From sequence record PQ244011.1: DNA of 32,000 nucleotides. One strand, given 5' to 3'. The position numbers and the translations under genes were made by a program. Positions 23,414 to 31,674 of this stretch are shown piece by piece (position 1 is the stretch's first letter; each line of letters starts with the position of its first letter). The notes below the pieces were generated by a model. That model was not told the origin of the DNA, searched no databases, and worked only from the letters and a program-made list of their open reading frames with translations. This DNA is from Mycobacterium phage Fastidio.

Positions 23414-23746
23414 ATGCCGACCACAGAGCATGGATCAGACGTCCAGCACTTGAGCCCTGAACACCGCGATCGTGCTTGGCGCGATAGGTTCAACGCCCGG
23501 TGGCACTATGACTACGGCGGGTGGATTCGTACCAGGCCGCAGGATGAGGCGTCGACCTTCGCTTTGATCCCAACCAAACACTACGGACCGTTCACTGAGG
23601 ATCACTCGTGTCCTGCCTGCCTGGTGGTACACCCACCTGAGGATTGCCCCGTCCTAAGTGGAAACACCGACATGTTGGTTGTTTTCGATTACGACACCTC
23701 GCCCAACAAGGCACAAGCGGATACAGCTGACGATGACCCCAGATAA
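23414..23746 (+). CDS. hypothetical protein
   Basis: MPTTEHGSDVQHLSPEHRDRAWRDRFNARWHYDYGGWIRTRP...; start could also be 23375 or 23405. Confidence 0.5.
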   Translation: MPTTEHGSDVQHLSPEHRDRAWRDRFNARWHYDYGGWIRTRPQDEASTFALIPTKHYGPFTEDHSCPACLVVHPPEDCPVLSGNTDMLVVFDYDTSPNKAQADTADDDPR

Positions 23747-23918
23747 TGATCAAGTCTCTGACCTCATCAACCGCATGGAGGACGCGATCGTGAAACTCAA
23801 CTTCATGGCCGACGAGAAGCGCGTCAAGTTCCCGCACGGAACGGATTTCGACCGGCTGCGGGGCAAAGCTGAGGGCGTCCGGTTGGCGCTGTCGTATCTG
23901 CGGGAATACGTGCGGTGA
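23733..23918 (+). CDS. hypothetical protein
   Basis: MTPDNDQVSDLINRMEDAIVKLNFMADEKRVKFPHGTDFDRLRGKAEGVRLALSYLREYVR. Confidence 0.6.
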   Translation: MTPDNDQVSDLINRMEDAIVKLNFMADEKRVKFPHGTDFDRLRGKAEGVRLALSYLREYVR

Positions 23919-24109
23919 TTCAGGTTCATTGCCGGGAGTGCAACCGTGTCTGGGACCAGTCGTGCGAAGACTGCGCTCAGTGGAAAGCGGATCGTCACTC
24001 GATCAACACGGGGCATACGGATATTCACATCATCCCGGACACCACACCACCGCCTGTACGGGTGGGTCAGGGGTGGGCGGAATGGCTCACGAAAGGATCG
24101 TCCTGCTGA
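23915..24109 (+). CDS. small Cys-rich protein
   Basis: MIQVHCRECNRVWDQSCEDCAQWKADRHSINTGHTDIH. Confidence 0.55.
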   Translation: MIQVHCRECNRVWDQSCEDCAQWKADRHSINTGHTDIHIIPDTTPPPVRVGQGWAEWLTKGSSC

Positions 24110-24372
24110 TGCCGTGGGTCAAGATCACTTGCACCGAGCGCGACGAACTCATGTCCACCCGCGACCTGGTGCCGTTTTCGTCGTGCACCGATCTGGACGC
24201 CGAGTTCCATAGCGAGCCGCAGATGGACATCGAGTGGGCCGAACGCGGCGCAGACCAACCGGTGCTGCGCGAACACCGATACCCGGCACGTACCTACCTC
24301 AGCGATGAACCGGGCACCGTCCGGCCCGACCGAAAGCCCTGCGAGCACTACCGATACGAGGCCCAACCATGA
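24109..24372 (+). CDS. hypothetical protein
   Basis: 87 aa from ATG 24109. Confidence 0.5.
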   Translation: MPWVKITCTERDELMSTRDLVPFSSCTDLDAEFHSEPQMDIEWAERGADQPVLREHRYPARTYLSDEPGTVRPDRKPCEHYRYEAQP

Positions 24373-24548
24373 GTACCCCTGAGCGTGAAGCCCTGATCGA
24401 GAAAGTCGCCGAAGCGATCCGCGGGGAAACATCCGGCGGCCGCATCTTCCCGTGGAACACCCTGACCGAGACGGAGAAGGACGCGTGGCGTCGCATGGCT
24501 GACGCCGCGTTCGATGTCCTCATCGACGCCTGGGCTCCGCCGTTCTAG
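24369..24548 (+). CDS. small hypothetical protein
   Basis: 59 aa MSTPEREALIEKVAEAIRGETSGGRIFPWNTLTETEKDAWRRMADAAFDVLIDAWAPPF. Confidence 0.6.
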   Translation: MSTPEREALIEKVAEAIRGETSGGRIFPWNTLTETEKDAWRRMADAAFDVLIDAWAPPF

Positions 24549-24552
24549 CCGC

Positions 24553-24690
24553 ATGCCGAAACCACCTGAAACCCCCGCCGAGCACATCGAGTTCGCGCGG
24601 GAAGAAGCCCGCCAAGCCGCATACGAGTCAGCGACCACTCACGCTCTGATCGCTATCGCCCAACTACTAGCCGAAAAGGACCAACAATGA
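24553..24690 (+). CDS. small hypothetical protein
   Basis: 45 aa MPKPPETPAEHIEFAREEARQAAYESATTHALIAIAQLLAEKDQQ. Confidence 0.5.
   Translation: MPKPPETPAEHIEFAREEARQAAYESATTHALIAIAQLLAEKDQQ
24644..24668 (+). repeat. repeat A copy 1 (left of mom-like gene)
   Basis: CTCTGATCGCTATCGCCCAACTACT, identical to 25583-25607. Confidence 0.9.
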
Positions 24691-24857
24691 GCAACCTTCG
24701 CCTCCCCTGCATGGACTGCGGGGAACCGATGAGCCGGATCTACCCGAACGCCCGCGAGGAATTGGCGTGGGCGCACACCTCACTGGAGGACGCGGAGCTG
24801 TGCCCTCGTGACCGATCGGTCCGCCCTTGGCCTATGCCGAAACTGGAGGACCAGTGA
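24687..24857 (+). CDS. small zinc-binding-like protein
   Basis: MSNLRLPCMDCGEPMSRIYPNARGELAWAHTSLEDAELCPRDRSVRPWPMPKLEDQ. Confidence 0.55.
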   Translation: MSNLRLPCMDCGEPMSRIYPNAREELAWAHTSLEDAELCPRDRSVRPWPMPKLEDQ

Positions 24858-24893
24858 TTCTCGCTTCCCAGGCTCGTTTCCTCACTGAGAGCC
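24854..24893 (+). repeat. repeat B copy 1
   Basis: GTGATTCTCGCTTCCCAGGCTCGTTTCCTCACTGAGAGCC, 36/40 identical to 25644-25683. Confidence 0.9.
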
Positions 24894-25582
24894 GCCGACT
24901 TCATCAGACAAACAAGGAGACCATAGTGTCAGAACCGGGCAATACGCTTGCGGACGTGATCACGGGGTTACGGGTGGAGCAGATCCCGTCCAAAGTAGCC
25001 ACAGACATAGTGGTTAAGCACCACTACCTACACCGCAAGACATCCATTAGCTTCGCATACGGCCTGTACCAGGGACCAAAGTTGATGGGGGTGGTGACGT
25101 TCGGAACCCCACCCTCACGGCACCTGCAGAAGTCGGCGAGTCCCACGGACCCTTCACTCGTGATCGAGCTGAATCGTCTATGGACCGACGATCGGCTTCC
25201 GCCGAACTCTGAGTCGTGGTTTGTATCGCGAGCAATGAAGATGTTGCCACCAAGAATCGTAGTGTCCTATGCGGACCCGAAAGCGGGTCACTACGGCTAT
25301 ATCTACCGGGCGCTCAACTTCCATTATGCGGGATGGACCGACATGGAACGCAAAACCCCCCGCTACGACTACATCCCGCTGGACCCGAAGCAGCACACCC
25401 GGGAAGCATTCCGCTCTGGATACGCCTACAAGGTCCGCCGTGTACATAAGGTGAAGTACTGGAAAGTCACTGGTAATAAAGCAGATCGGAAGGCGCTGGA
25501 GAGGTTATGCGCTTGGCCCAAGCTGAGCTGGAAGGATGTCCCGCCCCCGATCTACAACGAGGAGGCGGTGTCCGGCGGCTAA
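24854..25582 (+). CDS. Mom-like DNA base modification protein (acyltransferase-like)
   Basis: VVKHHYLHRKTSISFAYGLYQGPKLMGVVTFGTPPSRHLQK...IELNRLWTDDRLPPNSESWFVSRAMK resembles the Mu Mom family; start GTG 24854 (GTGA overlap) or GTG 24926. Confidence 0.75.
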   Translation: MILASQARFLTESRRLHQTNKETIVSEPGNTLADVITGLRVEQIPSKVATDIVVKHHYLHRKTSISFAYGLYQGPKLMGVVTFGTPPSRHLQKSASPTDPSLVIELNRLWTDDRLPPNSESWFVSRAMKMLPPRIVVSYADPKAGHYGYIYRALNFHYAGWTDMERKTPRYDYIPLDPKQHTREAFRSGYAYKVRRVHKVKYWKVTGNKADRKALERLCAWPKLSWKDVPPPIYNEEAVSGG

Positions 25583-25607
25583 CTCTGATCGCTATCGCCC
25601 AACTACT
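25583..25607 (+). repeat. repeat A copy 2 (right of mom-like gene)
   Basis: CTCTGATCGCTATCGCCCAACTACT. Confidence 0.9.
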
Positions 25608-25625
25608 CAACACAAAGGACCAACC

Positions 25626-25751
25626 GTGCCCCCCCCACTGTCCGTGATCCTTGCTTCCCAGGCTCGTTTCCTCGTTGAGAGCCCTGTTTGTCCGGCGTGT
25701 TTCCAGCCCCGCGCCGAGCATTCCACCGACTGCAAAGGACACCACAAATGA
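25626..25751 (+). CDS. small zinc-binding-like peptide sharing N-terminus with the mom-like ORF
   Basis: MPPPLSVILASQARFLVESPVCPACFQPRAEHSTDCKGHHK; ATGA junction to next gene. Confidence 0.5.
   Translation: MPPPLSVILASQARFLVESPVCPACFQPRAEHSTDCKGHHK
25644..25683 (+). repeat. repeat B copy 2
   Basis: GTGATCCTTGCTTCCCAGGCTCGTTTCCTCGTTGAGAGCC. Confidence 0.9.
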
Positions 25752-25978
25752 GCGTCTACGCACTGAAGCAACCGCGTCCAGACGGGGGCGAGTGGATCCA
25801 GGAGCACGACAGCCTAGAGGATGCGCTTGAGTTCCAGTCGCATAGCGGCGGCATTCTCGTCCGCCGCGAGGCTGTACCTGGGCAGCCTGGACTGTGGTGG
25901 GTAGAGGTCAACACCGAATTGCCCAGCGATGTCGGGTCGGTTGTGCAGTCTGAACCCAACCAGGAGGGGAACAGGTGA
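25748..25978 (+). CDS. hypothetical protein
   Basis: 76 aa MSVYALKQPRPDGGEWIQEHDSLEDALEFQSHSGG... Confidence 0.6.
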   Translation: MSVYALKQPRPDGGEWIQEHDSLEDALEFQSHSGGILVRREAVPGQPGLWWVEVNTELPSDVGSVVQSEPNQEGNR

Positions 25979-26253
25979 AAGACCACTTCATGATCCCCGG
26001 CAGCCACGAACGGCTAAGTGGCCCGGAATGTCACTGCGGCGCGGAATGGGACCGCTGGAACAGTATCTGCACGACCGGGGCCAAAGAAGCCCCGCCACCT
26101 ATGTACATCGAAGTACAGGTGGGCAGCCAGTTCTACGCCGAGTGCGATTGCGGCTGGTCCATGAACACTCGCGATGACGTGCAGCTGGAGGCGGGAGTTC
26201 AACAGCACACCGATGACACCGGGCATATCTGGCCCACAGGACCTACGGAGTAA
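25975..26253 (+). CDS. hypothetical protein with Cys motifs
   Basis: 92 aa, CHCGAEWDRWNSICTTG...YAECDCGWS; GTG start overlap. Confidence 0.6.
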   Translation: MKDHFMIPGSHERLSGPECHCGAEWDRWNSICTTGAKEAPPPMYIEVQVGSQFYAECDCGWSMNTRDDVQLEAGVQQHTDDTGHIWPTGPTE

Positions 26254-26255
26254 CG

Positions 26256-26507
26256 ATGTCTGATGCTCGTGTGGGGGCGTGGATCGCGGCGTGGGACCAG
26301 CTCAACGCCGCCACCAACACCCTCAAAGAATGCCCCATTCAAGACCCTGACGAGCACCGGGCGTTCTGCCAACTCCAAGCAGACATCTACGCCCACCTCG
26401 CCGACGTCCCGGCAGAGGTAGGTGTCGGCGCAGCGGAATGGCTTGAACGCCGCGAGAAGGAACGACGGGAACAGGAAGCGATGTTCAGGAAGGCATTCGA
26501 AAAATGA
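26256..26507 (+). CDS. hypothetical protein
   Basis: 83 aa, 4-nt overlap with next. Confidence 0.6.
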   Translation: MSDARVGAWIAAWDQLNAATNTLKECPIQDPDEHRAFCQLQADIYAHLADVPAEVGVGAAEWLERREKERREQEAMFRKAFEK

Positions 26508-27148
26508 CCAAGCCGATCGACACCGACGCCCATGCGGAAACACCCACAAAACCCAAACACATGAACCCCAACAAACTCCGCTACACCCTCTACCGGCTCA
26601 CCATCGACTGGCTCCACCTTCACACCCAACTCCCCACACCACCACGCCAACAAACCCTCCGACACACCAAAACCCACACCTACGGACACCCCGCCGAATG
26701 GGCCAGCGACACCGCAGCACTCATCGCCGACATGCTCACAAGCTGGCACGACTACCTCGCCGAACAACGCAACGAAACCCCACCACCCCACGGAAACGAA
26801 CAAAAACGAATCATCGCCGCCTGGAAATACCTCGAACCACGCTGCGAACAACTCACCCAACTCGTCACCCACGACGACCTCAAAGAACTACCCGACCTGC
26901 ACCACCGAATCCTCCGCATACTCGGATTCGCCAAAGCACCCAAATACATACTCCCCGTGCCCTGCCCATCCTGTGGACTGCTCGCAATGGAACGCACCAT
27001 CGGGATGGGCGGCAACGACTACATCGCATGCGGCAACCCCGACTGCACCTACATCGTCCGCGACGACCCCGACGGGAAAAACTACAAATGGTTGATCCGC
27101 GTATGCCTAGACACGCTCATCGAGTCCGAACAACAACAAGCCGGTTGA
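26504..27148 (+). CDS. phage protein with C-terminal zinc ribbon
   Basis: 214 aa; PVPCPSCGLLAMERTIGMGGNDYIACGNPDCTYIVRD. Confidence 0.65.
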   Translation: MTKPIDTDAHAETPTKPKHMNPNKLRYTLYRLTIDWLHLHTQLPTPPRQQTLRHTKTHTYGHPAEWASDTAALIADMLTSWHDYLAEQRNETPPPHGNEQKRIIAAWKYLEPRCEQLTQLVTHDDLKELPDLHHRILRILGFAKAPKYILPVPCPSCGLLAMERTIGMGGNDYIACGNPDCTYIVRDDPDGKNYKWLIRVCLDTLIESEQQQAG

Positions 27149-27182
27149 TCTTTCGTGTAAGATAACTGCCAGTAGACGAACT

Positions 27183-27224
27183 ATGCCCGCACCCGGACGA
27201 GCTTTCGGGTTTGTGGGCATTTTT
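27183..27224 (+). terminator. rho-independent terminator
   Basis: ATGCCCGCACCCG...CGGGTTTGTGGGCAT followed by TTTT. Confidence 0.7.
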
Positions 27225-27257
27225 CATGCTCGCATCTGGGAAGGGACCCGAGCTTAG

Positions 27258-27482
27258 ATGGCAGGAACCGCAGTCCTCACCCCTGACGGTATCGACACAC
27301 TCGTCACCGCAGCTGAAGCAGCCGCACTATGCGGTGTCACCACCAGCACCATCTATGTGTGGGTCAACCGTGGCACCCTCGCACCGTCCGGGAAAAACCG
27401 CACCGGGCACAACGTTTACCGCGTCCTGGATGTAGCCAAAGCTGAATACGCTACCCGCGTAAAGGCCAGGCGGCACCGATGA
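27258..27482 (+). CDS. MerR/HTH_17-like DNA-binding protein
   Basis: LVTAAEAAALCGVTTSTIYVWVNRGTLAPSGKNRTGHNVYRVLDVAKAEYATR. Confidence 0.72.
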   Translation: MAGTAVLTPDGIDTLVTAAEAAALCGVTTSTIYVWVNRGTLAPSGKNRTGHNVYRVLDVAKAEYATRVKARRHR

Positions 27483-27643
27483 GTGCTTTCCCCCCGCCGC
27501 GCACACTAACCGAACGCATCGAAGGCGCACACCTCAACCTGAAACTTGCACGGCAATCGGGCAACCCGGACATCATCGCCGCCGCTGAACGCATACTCGA
27601 CCAGCTGATTGACCGGTTGCCCCGCCCCACACGCCAGGAGTAG
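27479..27643 (+). CDS. small hypothetical protein
   Basis: 54 aa MSAFPPPRTLTERIEGAHLNLKLARQSGNPDIIAAAERILDQLIDRLPRPTRQE. Confidence 0.5.
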   Translation: MSAFPPPRTLTERIEGAHLNLKLARQSGNPDIIAAAERILDQLIDRLPRPTRQE

Positions 27644-27648
27644 TTGCC

Positions 27649-27807
27649 GTGCCAACCAAACATTTGCGGGTGTGTCCCGACCCTTGCAGCAAGGTCCGTT
27701 TCTCGGCGTGCAGCAAGGCTTGCCGACTCCCGAACGATATCGACCCGGAGTCGTGGCGCATCAACTTGCAGGACGGCGCCGGCACGATCGGTGGCAGGCA
27801 GGAATGA
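27649..27807 (+). CDS. small Cys-rich protein
   Basis: 52 aa VPTKHLRVCPDPCSKVRFSACSKACRLPNDIDPESWRINLQDGAGTIGGRQE, ATGA junction. Confidence 0.5.
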   Translation: MPTKHLRVCPDPCSKVRFSACSKACRLPNDIDPESWRINLQDGAGTIGGRQE

Positions 27808-27995
27808 AACGCCGCGCGGCCCGCATCATGCGACGCGCAGCACGCCGCCTCATCGCCACCTCGCGACGGTTGGACCCACCTAAAGACGAAACCCGGTTGT
27901 ACGCAGGCAGCATCACACCGGAACCGTGGGAACACCTCGACCTGTACCGGCCACCGTCCCTACTCACCCGCATCTGGTGGTGCATACGAGGATGA
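27804..27995 (+). CDS. small basic hypothetical protein
   Basis: 63 aa MKRRAARIMRRAARRLIATSRRLDPPKDETRLYAGSITPEPWEHLDLYRPPSLL... Confidence 0.5.
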   Translation: MKRRAARIMRRAARRLIATSRRLDPPKDETRLYAGSITPEPWEHLDLYRPPSLLTRIWWCIRG

Positions 27996-28393
27996 ACCTC
28001 ACAGAATTTCTCACCGAGACGCTGAACAACCTGGTTCACCCCGGCGACGAAAACACCAAACCGTTCCCGATCCTCCTGCCGGGACTACGAACTGTCAGTG
28101 TCCCCCCGGAACTCGCCGGCCAGTTCGCCGAAGAGGCAGGGCTGCCGCACCTCGACACCCCGAAACTGGTCGCGGAAGCACTCGCCGCGGCGATCACACA
28201 AAACTATGTGATCCTCACACGCGAAGAGCACGAACAACTACGCCAGCAAGCAGCCGACGCACCAACCGGGCACCGCGTCATCAACATCCGAACCACACCC
28301 ACAACCCCGCCCGTGCTGTCGATCACCATCGACAAAACAAGCAACGACGTCATCGTCCCCGCGAAATCCTTGCAGAAGGCGGCCGAGCAGTGA
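27992..28393 (+). CDS. hypothetical protein
   Basis: 133 aa from ATG 27992. Confidence 0.6.
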   Translation: MNLTEFLTETLNNLVHPGDENTKPFPILLPGLRTVSVPPELAGQFAEEAGLPHLDTPKLVAEALAAAITQNYVILTREEHEQLRQQAADAPTGHRVINIRTTPTTPPVLSITIDKTSNDVIVPAKSLQKAAEQ

Positions 28394-28442
28394 TCCCACC
28401 ATCGACATTAGACGCCAACCTGATTACGAAAGCTGCGCCAAA

Positions 28443-28748
28443 TTGACCAACAACATCCGCGTCGTAGTCGATGGCGACGTCATCATTGACTCAGCCCCAA
28501 CGGCGAATCAGTTCACGGACGATGTTCCAGGAATGGAAGAACTCACCCTAAAAGGTGGCGGCGCCACAAACCCCGAACTCTGGTTCTTGGCGCTTCTCCC
28601 AGACTTGGCCCAGGCAATAAACAGGGCCAGGTTTCCGCAGCAGTTCCCGATACCGCCTGATGGCACTAGGTCATGTTCGGTCACTGTCACCCTGCGAGGT
28701 GGCGACCTTGACGCCGTGGTAACCACACGCGACAACACGCAGCCGTGA
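28443..28748 (+). CDS. hypothetical protein
   Basis: 101 aa from TTG 28443; an 18-aa GTG micro-ORF (28390-28446) bridges it to the previous gene. Confidence 0.5.
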   Translation: MTNNIRVVVDGDVIIDSAPTANQFTDDVPGMEELTLKGGGATNPELWFLALLPDLAQAINRARFPQQFPIPPDGTRSCSVTVTLRGGDLDAVVTTRDNTQP

Positions 28749-28754
28749 CCCGAC

Positions 28755-28916
28755 ATGGATGACGCCGCCCGCGCCCGCCTCGAACTACGCCGATCCAACG
28801 CCGCCCAGCCGCACCGAAACCGGCACCGCGAACGCAAAACCGGGCGAACCACAGACCGCAATATCTGCTACTGCGGCGACGCGGACTGCCCAGACTGCGG
28901 CGAATGGTACGAGTGA
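28755..28916 (+). CDS. small Cys-rich protein
   Basis: MDDAARARLELRRSNAAQPHRNRHRERKTGRTTDRNICYCGDADCPDCGEWYE. Confidence 0.5.
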   Translation: MDDAARARLELRRSNAAQPHRNRHRERKTGRTTDRNICYCGDADCPDCGEWYE

Positions 28917-28932
28917 CGAACTGAGCCCACAC

Positions 28933-30369
28933 ATGACCGACGTCGTGATCAACGGAACCCGATACGTTCCCGAAACCACCAACGGAACTCCAATCGGAAT
29001 CGGAGTCACCACCCGCAACCGGAACACCATCGCCGACGAGACAATCGCCCACATTCGCTACCACACACCCAACGCCAAACTCGTCATCGTCGACGACGCC
29101 AGCGACGAACCATACCCAGCAGCGACCTACCGATTCACTCAACGCGCAGGCATTGCCCGAGCCAAAAACAAATGCCTCGAACTCCTCAACGGCTGCGAAC
29201 ACATCTTCCTGTTCGACGACGACTGCTACCCGATCGCCGACAACTGGTTTCAGCCCTACATCGACTCACCCGAGCCGCACCTGATGTACCAGTTCATCGA
29301 CCTCGCCGGCGGACGGAAACTCAACGACGTCACGAAGGTCTACGACGACGGACAACACTTCGCCCTGTCCGGGGCGCGTGGCTGCATGATCTACGCACAC
29401 CGCAGCGTCATCGAACGCGTCGGCGGACTCGACCCTGAATTCGGCGGCTGGGGATGGGAACACCCATCGTGGTCCGATCGCATCTACAACGCCGGCCTCA
29501 CCTCGTTCCGGTACGGCGACGTCTGCGGCTCCAACAAGCTCATCCACTCCATGGACGAGCACCTGGAAGTAAAGCGTTCCGTCCCGACCGAGGAACGCAA
29601 AGCCGTCGCCGCCCGCAATGCCGAGTTGTACTGGCAGCACCACTACACCAGCAGCCACTACATCCCCGTAGTGGCACCCGACCGCCGCGTCGTGCTCACT
29701 TGCCTGCTGTCCAACAAACCTGACCCGCAGCGCAACACCCGCATGCGGCCCGACGTCAAACTGCTCGAAACGTTGATCACCTCCATCACTGGAGGTGAAA
29801 CCGTTGTGCTGTGCGACAACCCACTCACCCACCCGCAGGCGTCATTCGAGCGAGTCACCAGCCCAGTCGATAACCCATACTTCGCGCGCTGGTACCTGTA
29901 CTACCAATGGCTCCGCGCCAACCCCGACGTCAAATGGGTGTGGTGCGTCGACGGCACCGACGTCGAAATGCTCACCCCTCCGTGGGAACACATGCAACCC
30001 GGGAAGCTGTACACCGGGCACGAACCCGCCGTTGTGGGGATCGACTGGATGCGCAACAACCACAAAGCCACACACCTGCAACAGTTCATCGACACCCACG
30101 CCGACCGCACCCTACTGAACGCGGGGATCGTGGGCGGCGACCGGGAAACCGTCATGGCATTCGCACACGACATGGCCGCCGACCACGAAGACCAACTTCG
30201 GCGCGTCTGGCACAAAGACGACGCCCCGGGAACAATCATCGGCGACATGGCGACACTCAACTACGTCGCCTATACCAAACACGCCGACCAACTCATCCAC
30301 GGACCCCAGGTGGTGACGGTCTTCAAGGCCAACGAACGCAACACCTGGTCATGGTGGAGGCACAAGTAA
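28933..30369 (+). CDS. glycosyltransferase, N-terminal GT2-like domain plus second GT-A-like domain
   Basis: IGVTTRNRNTIADETIAHIRYHTPNAKLVIVDDASDEP, HIFLFDDDCYP, GGLDPEFGGWGWEHPSWSDRIYNAGL; second half WVWCVDGTDVEMLTPPW. Confidence 0.8.
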   Translation: MTDVVINGTRYVPETTNGTPIGIGVTTRNRNTIADETIAHIRYHTPNAKLVIVDDASDEPYPAATYRFTQRAGIARAKNKCLELLNGCEHIFLFDDDCYPIADNWFQPYIDSPEPHLMYQFIDLAGGRKLNDVTKVYDDGQHFALSGARGCMIYAHRSVIERVGGLDPEFGGWGWEHPSWSDRIYNAGLTSFRYGDVCGSNKLIHSMDEHLEVKRSVPTEERKAVAARNAELYWQHHYTSSHYIPVVAPDRRVVLTCLLSNKPDPQRNTRMRPDVKLLETLITSITGGETVVLCDNPLTHPQASFERVTSPVDNPYFARWYLYYQWLRANPDVKWVWCVDGTDVEMLTPPWEHMQPGKLYTGHEPAVVGIDWMRNNHKATHLQQFIDTHADRTLLNAGIVGGDRETVMAFAHDMAADHEDQLRRVWHKDDAPGTIIGDMATLNYVAYTKHADQLIHGPQVVTVFKANERNTWSWWRHK

Positions 30370-30371
30370 CA

Positions 30372-30845
30372 ATGGTCGCGAGGCCCATGGTCACGATCCA
30401 CCGACGCACCGTGCACAAGCAGTTCACCAAGCAGATCGCCTGGGAGAAAGAACTACAGGCATACCGCACGATGCCATGGGCCACGCCCAAACTCATCGAC
30501 TTCGGCCCCATGTGGATCGAAGTCGAACGCTGCACCCCGATCCTCAACATCCACCCCAACTGGTCCCGGCGCTACGCCGAGCCGCTGTGGGATCTGCTCG
30601 CCGCCATCCACACCGCCGGCTGGTGGCACTGCGACCCCTGCCTGATCAACGTCGTCGTACACCCCGACCGCGGCGTGCTGCTCATCGATTTCGAGAACCT
30701 CACACTCGCGACCGGAAACCGCTCCTATGACCTCTACGGCGCACGCGCCGCCGGTGTCGAACCAGCCTGGCCCGGCCTCGGCCCAGACGGCGTGCACTGG
30801 AACGGACCATGGCCGTCGTGCCCCGGACCCTACTGGGACGAATGA
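30372..30845 (+). CDS. kinase-fold (protein/small-molecule kinase-like) protein
   Basis: LLAAIHTAGWWHCDPCLINVVVHPDRGVLLIDFENLT matches HxD...N and DFx kinase catalytic layout. Confidence 0.6.
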   Translation: MVARPMVTIHRRTVHKQFTKQIAWEKELQAYRTMPWATPKLIDFGPMWIEVERCTPILNIHPNWSRRYAEPLWDLLAAIHTAGWWHCDPCLINVVVHPDRGVLLIDFENLTLATGNRSYDLYGARAAGVEPAWPGLGPDGVHWNGPWPSCPGPYWDE

Positions 30846-31054
30846 CAATGGAGCGGAACATGAAACCCGGCGACAACGTATGGGTCGACTTCAACGGACT
30901 CGAACACGAAGGCACCGTCGAGAAAATCCAATCCAGCGGCTGGGTCAGATGCTCCATCGCCATCGACCCCGAATACGACTACGGCAGCATCACACCACGA
31001 CTCACACCACACACCACCGTCGCCGTGAAAACCACACGCATAAGGCCACGATGA
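30842..31054 (+). CDS. small hypothetical protein, SH3-like barrel pattern
   Basis: MTMERNMKPGDNVWVDFNGLEHEGTVEKIQSSGWVRCSI... Confidence 0.55.
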   Translation: MTMERNMKPGDNVWVDFNGLEHEGTVEKIQSSGWVRCSIAIDPEYDYGSITPRLTPHTTVAVKTTRIRPR

Positions 31055-31674
31055 CCCACACCATCGGCATCGTGGCCCACACCAAACGCGCCGAACAAGC
31101 ACACCGGCTCATGGAAACCGTGGGCGCCGCATACATGAGCATCGACAACGGCGCACTCGGATGCGAAGCCAACCACCGCAAAGTGTGGCAACACCTCACC
31201 CGCCACAACACAGACTGGCTCGTGGTCCTCGAGGACGACGCCATACCGTGCAACAACTTCCGCGACCAGATCGACGCAGCGCTAGCAGTGGCACCCAGCC
31301 CAGTAGTCAGCCTCTACCTCGGGCGAGAACGACCCCGCGAATACCAACAACGCATCGCCAAAGCCGCTGACACCACAGCACACTGGCTCACCTGCAGACG
31401 ACTACTCCACGCAGTCGGAATCGCCATACACGCCTACCTCGTACCCCACATGCTCAACAACCTGCCCAACGGCAAACCCATCGACGAAGCAATCAGCGCA
31501 TGGGCACGCCACCAAGGCCACACCATCGCCTACACATGGCCCAGCCTCATCGATCACGCAGACGAGACGCCAATGATCGACACCAGAGACGACAACCAAC
31601 CACGACTACCAGGCCGCGTCGCATGGCAACACGGAACACGCGACACCTGGACCACAGACACCCAACCGATCTGA
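31051..31674 (+). CDS. GT25-like glycosyltransferase
   Basis: GCEANHRKVWQHLTRHNTDWLVVLEDDAIPCNNF...LVPHMLNNLPNGKPIDEAISAWARHQGHTIAYTWPSLIDHADE. Confidence 0.72.
   Translation: MTHTIGIVAHTKRAEQAHRLMETVGAAYMSIDNGALGCEANHRKVWQHLTRHNTDWLVVLEDDAIPCNNFRDQIDAALAVAPSPVVSLYLGRERPREYQQRIAKAADTTAHWLTCRRLLHAVGIAIHAYLVPHMLNNLPNGKPIDEAISAWARHQGHTIAYTWPSLIDHADETPMIDTRDDNQPRLPGRVAWQHGTRDTWTTDTQPI

Noticed and set aside
26422-27165. 247-aa plus-strand ORF
   Set aside because: Off-frame overlap of the coherent 214-aa gene at 26504-27148; Arg/Thr/Pro-rich repetitive content.
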